DNA from: Scyliorhinus canicula
Lineage: Eukaryota
Assembly (NCBI RefSeq): GCF_902713615.1
Contig: NW_024055469.1
Coordinates: 62,001-126,000 of the forward strand
Length of the DNA stretch: 64,000 nucleotides
Direction of reading: 5' to 3'
Shown piece after piece: positions 12,306 through 26,197 of this stretch. Made by a program: the position numbers and the translations under genes. Each line of letters starts with the position of its first letter. Positions within the stretch are counted from its first letter, which is position 1. The notes under the pieces were generated by a model that worked only from the letters and a program-made list of their open reading frames with translations, did no database searches and was not told where the DNA came from.

Positions 12306-12899
12306 TACACCTGTGGCGGGAGAAACAGATGTGGAAACACATTGTGGATCCGCAAACCCTTCACCATCATTGTCAGCTCCCTGGTTTGCAGCTGCGGAGC
12401 TTCTCCCTCCCTCCCGGGAACAGGCCCAGGTTAATGGGCACCATCCTGCTTCACACACTGGAGGGTGGTTCACATCACAGGATGGGGGAGGGGGGATAAT
12501 AAATAAGAGCTGACACTTTGCACTCAAAGCAACGAGGACTATGATCTCTGACAAGGAAGGAAACCCTGGCAGGTGGACGGGGAGGATTCACAAACACCCG
12601 CTGGAGGCCCCAAACCCCCAATAAGACCCATTGATTTTATTGTCAGTTTGTAGACAGGAGCTGGAGAATTGAACCCAGGCAGAGGGGAGGGAGGGAGAAA
12701 ACTGGGAGTGGAGGAAAGAAATGGTGCAGATGGTGAGATGGGTTTGGATTTCAGCCCAGGGAGGAGGGAGAGTGGGTGGGACGGGGATTTACAGCTTCGG
12801 GGAATGGAGAGGAAAAAATGTTCCCGAGAAACTAGAATTGTCTGTTCAGAATTTATATGCTCCAGTGACAGTGATGATGTTTGTAAATTCCTTTTACAG

Positions 12900-14423
<1,524 letters not shown>

Positions 14424-14759
14424 CTGCAGGGGTTGGATTCTGCTGTTGTTTAGTTTTGATCATCTGACAATATTTTCTGCTGATGTTAACCCCATAACTG
14501 CTGAAACTTAATATGCTGAAAATTGCATGTATTTTTGGGGCTACAGTGTCTATTGTTAAAAGCACCATCTGTGATCTTTCCCCTTAATCCAGGAATTCTC
14601 AGCAGAAACATGTTTAGAATAAATTTCTGAACTTTTGCTTCAATTCTGGATCAATCTTTGGTGCATAATCTACAATTCAGTATCTGAAAGATCTGACTGC
14701 AGGGCTTAAAATATATTTTTTTCAATGACTCTTCTTGAGATTTTCTCGCGAGATGCTCA

Positions 14760-14935
14760 ATGAAATGAAAATCGCTTTTTCTCACAAGTAGGCTTCAAAT
14801 GAAGTTACTGTGAAAAGCCCCTAGTCGCTATAGTGGCGCCTGTTCAGGGAAGCTGGTACGGGAATTGAACCATGCTGCTTGGCCAGCCGTGGTCTGTTTT
14901 AAAAGCCAGCAATTTATCCCTGTGTGCTAACCTGA
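14760..14935 (-). mobile_element. tRNA-derived SINE family 2 (tail tgtgacaataagcgattttcattt)
   Basis: Same family at ~22740-22930 (+), 27985-28160 (+, variant), 31008-31190 (-), 42203-42388 (+) and 45449-45626 (-). Confidence 0.7.
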
Positions 14936-15715
14936 TTTTCAGGAGTTAAATTTAGGTTTCCAGGATCTTCTTTTCCACTCTGACACCTTTATTATGTGAT
15001 GTAGTCACGTAATCACATTACCGTCTGTATTTGTGTTGAGTATTTTTTGAGTTTACTTATTTTTGTGGATAAGATAGCACAAATACTAAAGACTGTGTAC
15101 ATATTAAATCTTTTAAATTGGAATCTGTAAATAAGATGTTTTTGTTAATTTATTTAAAAAGGAAAACCCCCTTACTCCATTTCCAAAATGAGAATTCGAA
15201 CTATTTGACTCAAGGTAACTGAACAGGTGCCGAGTGTTTATTGGATCAGACGGTGGAGCAGGAAAAACTCACCCGATTCTGATCTTCATTGTGTGGATTT
15301 ACATTCAAAACCCATCGATAACCTCACTACACCCACTGAGATCAGCTACTCTTCCTTTGGATGCTCTCATGATAGAACTTTTGTGGTCCTTTTGAGGATG
15401 AAATCATGCTTCACACCTGGTTCTGAAATACTATCACTCTGGGTGTAAGGTATTCCTGGGATAAAACATAGTTCTACATCTTGTCACCTAACACAAATTC
15501 ATATCGTCACCCGAGTCCCAGATTTAAATGTGATTGTCCAGTCCAGAAAACATATAGAAATTGACCCCGTTAAATCTGATTCAACAAGCTACAAGAGATA
15601 GTTTGTGTTGTTCACAATGATGACAGTATCAACCTTCTCCCTAACCTAGCCTAACCCTTCTGCTGAACAGGGAGACTCCTTGTTCAGATGGTGACATTTC
15701 CTGTCTGCCCAGTTA

Positions 15716-16037
15716 GAGAATCATAGAATTTACAGTGCAGAAGGGAGACCATTTGGTCCATTGCGTCTGTACTGGCCCTTGGAAAGAGCACTCTACTTAA
15801 GCCCACACTTCCACCCCATCCACCCTTTTTTTGGACACTAAGGGCAATTTATCATGGCCGATCCACCTAACCTGTACATCTTTGGACTATGGGAGGAAAC
15901 CAGAGCCCCCAGAGGAAACCCACGCAGACACGGGGAGAACGTGCAAACTCCGCACAGACAGTGACCCAAGTCGGGAATCAAACCTGGGATCCTGGAGTTG
16001 TGAAGTGACAGCGCTAACCACTTTGCTACCGTGCAGC
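15716..16037 (-). mobile_element. HE1-like V-SINE
   Basis: Head, V-domain and CR1 tail on the - strand. Confidence 0.8.
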
Positions 16038-16457
16038 CCATATTCCTTTAAGCCCTTGAATTGTTTGTGAATTGTGTCACGTGTAGACCTGACTGGGTAA
16101 GGATGGCAGTTTTCCTTCCCAAAAGGACATGAGAACCAGATGTGTTTTTACGACAATTGATCCATGATCACAATATTTTTATTGAAATCAAATTCAGCCG
16201 TGGTAGGATTCAAACTCCGGTACCATTATAATAAAAAAAGATAATTTGTGGCATTAACTCAGCGGGTCTGGCAGTATCTGTGGAGAGAGAAAAATAATGA
16301 ACGTTTTGAATCTCCTTCGGTACTTTGTGATTTTATTAGATTTCCAGCATCTGCAGTATTTTGCTTTTATTATCCCAAAATCATGTCCCTGGCTGTCTGG
16401 ATTGCTTGTTCACTGCCTCCCCGGAGAGGCTGCTCCCTAAGAGTCTGCTGCCCTTGT

Positions 16458-16578
16458 CTTTCACCTGAGGAAGGAGCAGTGCTGCAAAAGCTAGTGATTT
16501 GAAACAAACCTGTTGGATTTTAACCTGGTGTTGTAAGACTTCTTACTGTGCTCATCCCAGTCCAACTCCGTCACATCT
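16458..16578 (+). mobile_element. Penelope-like terminal fragment with a mutated hammerhead
   Basis: tcacctgaggaaggagcagtgctgcaaaagctagtga...; homologous to 8318-8444. Confidence 0.7.
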
Positions 16579-16749
16579 TGTCTTTACAGACGGTGGTGGC
16601 CTGGGTTTGGAAGCTCCTGTCTGGTGACTTGCCACATTTCAGTGACAAATGTTGAAACGTTTTCTCCAGACCGTCAGGGTGTCATCTTTAAAGCCACAAA
16701 CAGAAAGGTCCAGTTTGAGACAAATCGGCTTCAAAATAATGCAGAGTGT

Positions 16750-17380
16750 CAGCCAATGAGAGAGATCCGGGCTCAGCCCCGCCCCTCATTCACTCTGATT
16801 GGTTGGAGGGTCAGCCGCTCCCGCTCAGTCCTCCAGATTCTTCCCATTGGTCCGGAGCTGCCGTCAATCACTTACCGACATTGTGATCTGGCGCATGGGC
16901 AATGCAGTTGCTTGATTTTAGTGCGCAGGTGCAGTTTGGAGCAAGGGTGACGTCGGCGCTTGTTTGTCCCGGAGAAGCGGAGTCAGCGTCAGGCGGGGAT
17001 GGGAGAATTTGGAAACCCTTTGTGGATTGACCAATAAGAGTAGAGGCTGTACTGGAGGACCGACCGAGAGCGGCTGGTCCTCGAACCAATCGGAGTGAAT
17101 GAGGGGCGGGGCCGGGCTGTGATTGAAGCATGCGCAGTGTAGGTAATGGTGATGGACAGCGGCTCCCAGTTCAGATTGACTGGAGGGAGCGAAGAAGCCG
17201 CGCGGTGGGCGGAAACGCTACGTGAACATGTTGTGTGAACCGCAAATCCGGGAAAAGAGGTTACCGGACCCAATTTGTACCGAGCGGAGTTGCAGCTCCT
17301 CATGTTCGGTCTGGGCGAACGGCGGGGTGTAGCGCACCAGGGTGCATGCGGAGCAGCCATCTTTGTAGGGGGTGCTATCC
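16750..17380. promoter_or_regulatory. ZNF cassette promoter module (divergent CCAAT/GC units, NRF1-like, YY1-like)
   Basis: ccccgcccctcattcactctgattgg (~16778) and its inverse ccaatcggagtgaatgaggggcgggg (~17086); gcatgcgcagt (~17128); gccatcttt (~17356). Confidence 0.7.
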
Positions 17381-17500
17381 ACAATGCTACCATGCTGCCC
17401 CTTTTGGGATGTTTTTTAGAAGGAGAATGTTTTGGGAGGAGCCAAAAAGAAAATGCTGGAAACTCTCAGCAGGTCTGGCAGCATCTGTAGGGAGAGAAGA

Positions 17501-17820
17501 GGGCAGCACGGTAGCACAAGTGGATAGCACTGTGGCTTCGCAACACCAGGATCCCCGATTTGATTCCCGGCTTGAGTCACTGTCCGTTTGGAGTCTGCAC
17601 GTTCTCCCCGTATCTGTGTGGGTTTCCTCCGGGTGCTCCGGTTTCCTCCCACAGTCCAAAGACGCGCAGGTTAGGTGGATTGGCCATGATAAATTGCCCT
17701 TAGTGACCAAAAAGGTTCGGAGGGGTTATTGGGTTACGGGAATAGGGTAGAAGTGAGGGTTTAAGTGGGTCGGTGCAGACTCGATGGGCTGAGTGGCCTC
17801 CTCCTGAACTGTATGTTCTA
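17501..17820 (+). mobile_element. HE1-like V-SINE, full length
   Basis: gggcagcacggtagcac...ggtttcctccgggtgctccggtttcctcccacagtccaaag...tatgttcta. Confidence 0.85.
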
Positions 17821-18569
17821 AACAAGCTAACGTTTTGAGTGGTCATCTGTTTTAAGTAATGGGTTAAGAGACATTGCAATTAGCTGTCTCATTTATGTTA
17901 AGTGTTCAATGATTGTCTCATTGATGTTAAGTGTTCAGTGATTGACACTGATATGTAAAGGTGGACTCTGGAGCTTGTGATGATCTGTAGAGTTCTGTGC
18001 AGAGTGAGTTTGAACCATTAAAGGTGTGTTGGTGAAAAAGGAGCTGAACTCTTGTCTCTTCATACAACAACATCTAGTACATGCTAACAATCTGGACTCA
18101 AAACATCAGCTCTTTTCTCTCCCTACAGATGCTGCCAGATATGCTGAGATCTTCCACCATTTTCTTTTTGGTTTCAGATTCCAGCACCCACAGTAATTTG
18201 CTTTTATCCAATGGTTTGGGAAGAGTTTGTTACCCAAGACAACCATCAAACCTTTGAGTCCCAATGTCTTATTGTTGAGGCAGAGATAGAAAAGAAGAGA
18301 AAGACATTCTGCTTTTCAGTTCTCACTACCTCTTGGAACATCCTCCTCCATGTGTCTAAAGATCTACGACCATGCCCAGTCATATCAAGAACCACCTCAG
18401 AAACTCACAACCTTGAGTAAAGGCCATCCTGAAATTGAGGTATGGCTGAAGACAATGAGGGTAAAGTGCAGCAGGGAGTATGAGCTGTCATCCTGGCCCA
18501 GGGAGCAGGAGGGGAGAATGTAATGAATTTCTATCCTGGACTGACAAGGATGAATTTTGAAAACTCCTT

Positions 18570-18800
18570 TTACAGGTGGTTAGAAAGGGAGGATTTACAC
18601 AAAGCAAACTCAAACCAGCAATAGGTTTATTTTTTTCCTGAATTTCGATTTTGGACTGACAGATGGCTTTTGTTACTTTCATTTTCAGGGTATTAGAAAA
18701 TGATTTGCAGGCAGGAAACATAAAGAAAACCTGACATCAAACTCTGACAGCATCACTTGATTCATCAGGTCCTGGATATTATCGCACTTTCAGTGTAAGA
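18570..18800 (+). other. Two tandem copies of the ZNF leader-exon start (putative non-coding exons)
   Basis: ttttacag|gtggttagaaagggaggatttac and tttcag|ggtattagaaaatgatttgcag...gattcatcaggtcctggatatt followed by gtaaga. Confidence 0.5.
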
Positions 18801-20159
18801 ATTGAGTTCCAAGACATTACCACTCACTGTAAAATTTCTTCCTCATATCGCCCTGTAGATCTTGCTCCAAATCTTAAATCTGTGTCCTGAAATCCTTTTT
18901 ACAATCAGCTAGTAGGAGCAACGTTACTTTAGCTACTTTACTGAGACCAATCAGAAACTTGAACACCTCTATCATTCTCCTTTTCTCCAAGAAGATCAAC
19001 TGCAGTTTCTCCAACCTAACATTGCAACTAAAATCCCTCATTCCAGGAACTAATAGAACATAGAACATAGAACGATACAGCGCAGTACAGGCCCTTCGGC
19101 CCTCGATGTTGCACCGACATGGAAAAAATCTAAAGGCCATCTAACCTACACAATGCCCTTATCTGGTAAGTCTCCCCTGCACTCTCTCAAGGACCATCAC
19201 ATCCTCCATAATGTGTGGTGATCACTGGTTTGCACAGATCCAGATGTTCAGTCTTCCTGTCTGTGATGTCATCAGGCACCTCCAGTTGCGTGACGACATC
19301 ATCCCCGTTCTCCTCAACTGGGAGCTTTTTCCTCCGACTCTAGAGCTTCTGATATCTTTCCAGCTGCAGGCGACAGTGGGAGATTTTAATATGGAAAACA
19401 GTGAAACTGCTTCACAGCTAAGTATGTCTGAGCATTTATCAATACCTTTGAGCTTTTAGTGCTCTGCTCTGTTACCTGTGAGGGGTTCCATGTCTCTGGG
19501 GCTGGTGTGACCCTTGGAAAACAATGCAAAATGTCTGTGGGAAGAAGGACAACCACCTGTCGACATATAAAATCCCTTCTTTCTCTTTCTCTCGCTCTCC
19601 CCCTCCCCCACCCCACTCTGGAAAACCAAGATTCACGTTAAAATCTGGCAGTCACTCAGTTCATCGAGACCTGAATGTAAGTATTTATGTTTGATCTGCG
19701 GTTCAAGAATTAAACACCTGTGTAGCTGGAAATAGCGAAGAGCAAGATTTGCAAACAAGGATGTGAATATTCCATTAAAATGTTGCTTAGCTGAGTCCCA
19801 ATGTAGGTCAGTGAGCATAGGGGTGATGAGTGAGTGAGTGGGACTCCAGTTTGGCAGCTTCCCTTCCCTGAAGGACATCAGTGAACCAGTTGGGTCTTTA
19901 CGACAATCCAGCAGTTTTCATGGTCGCTTTTCCCAGTGTCGGCCCCACAAATGACCAGATTCATTCAGCTCAATTTCACAACCTGCCTTTGTGTTTTTGT
20001 CGTTCTCTCTCACTCCCTATTTTCTGTTTTCAATCAATTTCACAGGAGATTCAAAGGATTTGCATTTGGGAAACTCAAACCAACATCACATCAAGATCGC
20101 ACGGAGCCTCACAATTTACCATCGCCTGTATATCATCGGAACATCAACAAAGTTTAAAA

Positions 20160-21146
20160 ATGAAAGGAAAAAGTATCATTCACAGTGGGGAAAAACCGTA
20201 CACATGTTCTGTGTGTGGACGAGGATTCAGCCAATCATCTGACCTGTCAAAACACAAGTGCAGTCAGACTGGGGAGAAATCGTGGAAATGTGAGGACTGT
20301 GGGAAGGGATTCAGTTACCCATCTCGCCTGAAACTTCATCGGCGCCATCACACAGGAGAGAGGCCGTTCACCTGCACTGTGTGTGCAAAGGGATTTGCTG
20401 ATTCATCCAACTTACGGCAACACCAGCGGGTTCACAATGGGGAGAGACCGTTCACCTGCTCCAAGTGGGGGAAGGGATTCACCACTTCATCCCACCTGCT
20501 GACACACCAACGGGTTCACACTGGGAAGAAACTGTTCACCTGCTCTCAGTGTGGGAAGGGATTCACACAGTCATCCACCCTGAAGACACACCAGCGACTT
20601 CACACTGGGGAGAGACCATTCACCTGCACTGTGTGTAAAAAGGGATTTGCTGATTCATCCAACTTACGGCAACACCAGCGGGTTCACAATGGGGAGAGAC
20701 CGTCCACCTGCACTGGGTCTAAATAGGGATTTGCTGATTCATTCACACTCCGGAAACAACAGCGGAGTCACACCAGGGCGAGACCATTTACCTGCTCCGA
20801 GTGTGGGAAGGAATTCACTCAGTCATTAAACCTACAGAAACACCAGCGGATTCACACTGAGGAGAGACCATTCACCTGCTCTGTGTGTAAAATGGGATTT
20901 GCTAATTCATAAACTCAGAAACACTAGCGTGTTCAATCGGGGGGAGAAACGTGGAAATGTCGGGACTGTGGGCAAAGGTACAGTTGGAAATTCATCAGCG
21001 CATTCAGACTGGGGAGTGACCATTTTTATGTTCTGTTTGTGGGAAGGGATTGACTAGTTACCCACCCGGCTGACACACTGGTGAGTTCACTCTGGGGATT
21101 CCGTCAATAATCGAACCTGCGGAAACACCAGCCAGTTCACAAATAA
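20160..21146 (+). pseudogene. C2H2 ZNF locus (class A), truncated by a stop at 20724-20726; decayed fingers continue to ~21146
   Basis: Acceptor at 20045/20046; [19 protein letters not shown]...; 4 intact fingers, then stops and frameshifts. Confidence 0.8.
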
Positions 21147-21422
21147 CAATGATTGGATTTTGTTGGGAATGACATTCATGTCTAAACCATATTCATTGGA
21201 GTCTGTTTTGCTGATGTTGATAAATTTCAGCTAAGTTATATATTCTGGATAAAAATCAAACATCTGTTTTGTGTTAAATGTAGTCTGTTGAGTTTTTTTA
21301 TATCTTTGACACGCGAGTTTCTTTGAAGGCCTCCCTCAAGCTGTCTGCCGTCTCCACCTCTCAGCACTGATTAAAGATACTTGTTAAAATCTCCCTCTCC
21401 ATTCAAGATTGTATCTATTTAA

Positions 21423-21647
21423 GGGCAGCACGGTGGCACAGCGGTTAGCACTCTGCCTCAGAGCGCCAAGGTCCCAGGTTCGATCCTGGCTCTGGGTCTC
21501 TGTCCGTGTGGAGTCTGTACACTCTGTCTTTGCATTGGTTTCACCCTCACACCCCAAAGATGTGCAGGGTCGGTGGATTTGCCACGTTGAATTGCTTCTT
21601 ATTTGGAAAAAAATTAATTGGGTACACTAAATTTACATATATATAAA
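21423..21647 (+). mobile_element. Short V-SINE variant with A-rich tail
   Basis: HE1-like head ending aattggaaaaaaattaattgggtacactaaattt; degenerate TSD. Confidence 0.7.
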
Positions 21648-21744
21648 AAGATTTTGTCCATTTACCCTAATAACAGCCGACGTGACTCAATGTCATTTTC
21701 TTCTTTCTGAAACTTCGGAAGCACCGAGGGATGTTTTATTACAT

Positions 21745-22670
21745 TAAGACCATAAAAGAAGGAGCAGAATAAGGCCATTCAGCCTATCCAGTCTCCTCTG
21801 CTATTCAATCATGGCTGATCTTTTTCTCATCCCCAGTCTCCTGCCTTTTCCCTATAACCCCTGATCCCCTTATTAATCAGGAACCTATCTATCTCTGTCT
21901 TAAAGTCACTCAGTGACTTGGCCTCCACAGCCTTCTGCGGCAAAGAGTTCCACAGATTCACCCCCCTCTGGCTGAAGAAATTCCTCCTCATCTCTTTTAA
22001 AGGATCGTCCCTTCAGACTGAGGCAGTCATCTCTGGATCTAGTTTCTCCTACTAGTGGAAACAACCTCTCCACGTACACTCTTTCTCGGCTGATCAGTAT
22101 TCTGTAAGACTCATCCTTATAAACTCCATCGAGTACAGACCCCAAATCCTCAACTGCTCCTTATGTGACAAGTTCTTCATTCCAGGGATCATTCCTGTGA
22201 ACCTCCTCTGGACCCATTCGAAGGCCAGCACTTCCTTCTTTAGATATGGGGCCAGAACTGCTCACAATATTATAAATGGGGTCTGACCAGAGCCATATAC
22301 AGCCTCAACATTACATCCCTGCTCTTGTATTCGAGCTCTCTCGACATGCGTGCTAACATTGCATTTGCCTTCCTCACTGCCAAGTGAACCTGCATGTTAA
22401 CCTAGAGAATCCTGAACTAGACCTTCAAACTCCCTTTGTGCTTCTGATTTCGAAGCCTTTGTAGAAAATAGTTTATGCCCCTATTCTTCCTTCCAAAGTG
22501 CACAATCTCACACTTTTACACTTCTGCAGCCTCCCTGCTTCCTCAACACTACCTAGCCCTCTGATTGGCTAATGAGGAGAATGGGGATGAGAAACATATT
22601 AGCCACGATTCAATGGCAGAGCAGACCCGATGGGTTAAATGGCCTAATTCTGCTCCTATATCTTATGGTC
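21745..22670 (-). mobile_element. CR1 LINE 3' fragments
   Basis: Minus strand encodes VERLFPLVGETRSR..LKGRSFK. A short + strand CR1 tail lies at ~22570-22670. Confidence 0.8.
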
Positions 22671-23673
22671 TGGATGATGTATCGCCACCAATGTTATCTT
22701 CCGAAAATGCATCTTTGCTTATTTTCAGCTTTTGAATCCAGGAGTTGGTTTAGCACAGGGCTAAAGAGCTGGCTTTTAAAGCCGACCAAGGCAGGCCAGC
22801 ATCACGGTTCAATTCCCATACAAGCCTCTCCGAACAGGCGCCGGAATGTGGCGACCAAGGGCTTTTCACAATATCTTCATTTGAAGCCTACATGTGACAA
22901 TAAGCGATTTTCATTTCATTTTTATTTCATTTCAGGCTCCTCAACCTGCCTGTACTGCACCACTGAACCCACAATCTGCGACTGAGCTCTGAGGGCTTTC
23001 TTTGTCCTTTTATACGATTCTACTCAGTTTCAGTCTTAGATTCCTTGGCAGCTGAGAGTCAGTTTCTTTTCTCCGTTTCCCTTTTCAATGAGTGTCTGTC
23101 TCTAAAAATACAAGATTCCAAAACACACCTCTTGGCTTGAACCATCACATCAGCACTTGGAGTGAATGACTGGGCTGAGGTCTATCTTGGATAAAAACAC
23201 AAGGATCACTTGTCATCACAGAATCCTAAAAGTTTCCAGCACAGAGGAGGCCATTCAGCCCACCATGTTTGTACTGGCTGAGAATGAGCTATTCCCTATA
23301 ATATGGTGACCAGAACTATACTTCATACTCTAGCTGTGCTAAACTGGTGTTTATTAGGTCCAGAATAACCACCCTCCCGCCTCTCATTGACTTCAGTGTG
23401 ATGGAAATCGACAGTTGGAACCTGCCAACATTTGACAGATATTTACAAATTATTTGCGGGTTTCTTACAATCGGGACTTTTCTCTGTTCAATTCCCTCTA
23501 TGTGTTCGATAACAGACTGACTTTCCCCTGTGAATATCCAGCTGGAGAATTGGGCCCTGATGAACACATCCTTGTTCATCTTGTTGACTCTAAATATTGA
23601 ATCCTGTGGTTTCAGATACCAGATAATATAGAGCTTGGGGCGAAAGGGATCAAAGGATATGAGGGAAAAGCAG

Positions 23674-24172
23674 AGGCGAAAGAGGCCGGTGTTCTGGCCT
23701 TTGCGTCCCTAGTAGCCCGGCGGAGGATCTTGCTCCAATGGAAGGATGCGAGGCCCCCAAGCGTGGAGGCCTGGATCAATGATATGACGGGGTTCATTAA
23801 ATTGGAGAAGGTGAAATTTGCCCTGAGGGGATCAGTACAAGGGTTCTTTAGGCGGTGGCAGCCTTTCCTAGACTTCCCGGCGGAACGGTAGGGAAATAGG
23901 CCGGCAGCAGCAGCAGCAACCCGGGGGCGGGGGGGGGGGGTTTGGATCAGTGGGAGGGAGAACTGTGTACATGGGTTTTGGGGATGTGGCGGGTGTTATT
24001 TCTTTCCCTTTTGTTGTTTGGGTGTTCTTTTGTGTTTTTTTTTCTTTTGTTTGTAGTTGTTTTTGAAGTTAGGTGGGTGTTGTTCTTGGGGTGTTACCAC
24101 GGTTGTTTTGTTAATAGAGTTGAGATGTTTATATTTTGTAAAAATTTCAATAAAAATTATTTTTTTTAAAAA
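23674..24172 (+). mobile_element. 5'-truncated L1 (ORF2 C-terminus plus 3'UTR)
   Basis: Encodes VLAFASLVARRRILLQWK, as does the L1 at 59.7-60.1 kb. AATAAA and T/A tail; 13-bp TSD gagggaaaagcag (23661-23673, 24173-24185). Confidence 0.85.
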
Positions 24173-24449
24173 GAGGGAAAAGCAGGAATCGGTTACTGAA
24201 TTGGGAGATCAGCCATGATCATCATGAATGAGGCGCAGGCTCGAAGGGCGAAATGCCCACTTCTTCAATTTTCTATATTTCTATAATCAAGCTCCCAACA
24301 ACAGATTGTCTTTTGCTGACTTCATTAACAGCTCTGCAATAATACAGACAGAGTACAGTAATCCCATCCGGAGAACAGGGATAATGTTGGGGTCAACTCC
24401 TCATTGTTCGAGTATGTACAAGCTGACATTAATTACATTGGTTTCTGTG

Positions 24450-24920
24450 GATCCTATTGTGACTGAGGGTCTGACGTGGGACGACATGGACGTCCACATA
24501 ACTGGCAGTTTATGTTGTTGTTGGTGCTCAGGGGAAACCTTTGTAGCTGTTCCACCTCTGGTCTTTCTCTGGGAATGTCAGATGTTATGAGTTTGTTGTT
24601 GATGGTCCTTGAAACAAACTGAACCAATTTCAGTCTTGCTTCCACATGGACCGGTCGATTGCAGTCTTTTCCCAGAGAGGTGGTCTGCAGTGCAGACGTT
24701 TGTAAGGATCCTATTTTGGATATCCTTGTATCATTTGTACTGACCATTGTGATGTTGTTTGTCCTGAGACAATCCCCATTGAAGGTCTGCTTGGGGATTT
24801 TATAGTCATCCATGTGAGAGATATGGCCTGGCTGCTAAATTGAATGGTCTGGAGGATGGTCTCCATACTGTTGAGCCCAGCACGATGGGGAACCTGGTTG
24901 TTTTGAGATTTTTCTCCTGC
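24450..24920 (-). mobile_element. RTE-clade LINE fragment (degenerate)
   Basis: Minus strand ...GLNSMETILQ...GHI.HMDDYKIPKQ, typical of the RTE RT C-terminus. Confidence 0.55.
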
Positions 24921-25344
24921 TATTGAATTTTTATGATGGTCCTCAGGAGTCTTTGCTGGAAGAGTTCCAGAGATGTAGCTCCCGCATCCCCAGGATTCCG
25001 CTCCACACAGCAGGGTGGGAAGGGCAGTGGCCTGGGAGATTTTGATTATAGTCCTCAGTTTAACGTCATGCTGCTTCCCGACTCAAACAGAAATAACGCA
25101 ATGGATTCAGAGCTCGATTCCACAGGATATACAGCACAGCAACAGACCATTCAGCCCATCCAGTCCCTGCTGGAGTTTCTGCTCCACTCCCATCTTTCCA
25201 CATCTAAATCTCCCATTGTAATCCTCTATTCCCTTCTCCCTCTTGTGTTTGTCTTGTTTCCCCTTCAACACATCTGTACTATTCACTTAACCCACTCCCT
25301 GTGACAGTGAGCTGATTCTCACCATTAGTAGAATAAATCCTGAG

Positions 25345-25910
25345 AGATAGGATTAACTGTCACATAGAAAGGCATCGACTGGTCAGGGATAGGCAGCATG
25401 GATTTGTTAAAGAAAGTTCTTGCCTCACAAATTTGATCAAATTCTTTGAGGAAGTGACAATAAATGTTGCTAAAGATCGTGTAGAAGATGTTGTGCACAT
25501 AGATTTTAGCAAGGCTTTTGACAAAGTCCCACGTGGCAAAAGGTGAAAGCCCATGGGACACAGGGCAATGTGGCAAACTGGATAAAATGTTGGCTCAGTA
25601 ACCGGGGACAAAGGATAATGTTCATTGGCTGCCCTTGCAATTGGAAAAGTTGTTTCAAGTGGTGTGCCACAGGGCTCGGTGTTGGGACCATTACTATGTG
25701 GGCTATATAGTAACAATTTGGACGTGAACGTAGGGAACAATGATTAGGAAATTTGCAGACGACACAAAGATTGGCCAAATTCTGGACATTGTGGAGGATA
25801 GCTATCATCTCCAAAACAATAGAGATGGATTGGTACAGTGGGCAATACAGGGGCAATAGGTAATTTAACACAGAAACGTGTGAGGTCATGCATTTAGGGA
25901 GATCAACCAG
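25345..25910 (+). mobile_element. CR1 RT fragment
   Basis: QHGFVKESSCLTNLIKFFEEVT, DFSKAFDKVP, SGVPQGSVLGPLL, KFADDTKIG. Confidence 0.85.
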
Positions 25911-26197
25911 TTCAGACACACTGGAAGCGATAGGGAGCTGGGACATGGCTTTGAGAGTAACTGAAGGTGTAAGAACTGAAATAGTCGAGTTAGAAAGGAG
26001 GAAAGGCCACAAAAATGCAACATTCAGTAACAGGACATCAATTAATCGCCTCTTACCCCAGTGAAATGAAGGTTTCGATAGTGTGTCTGAAATAATATTA
26101 GTTCACTTGACATATGTTCAGAGGATTAAACTCCAGCCCAGTTACAGAGATCAAAACATCAGCAAAAACAAACTCCAACAGTCAGAATGACCATGGT

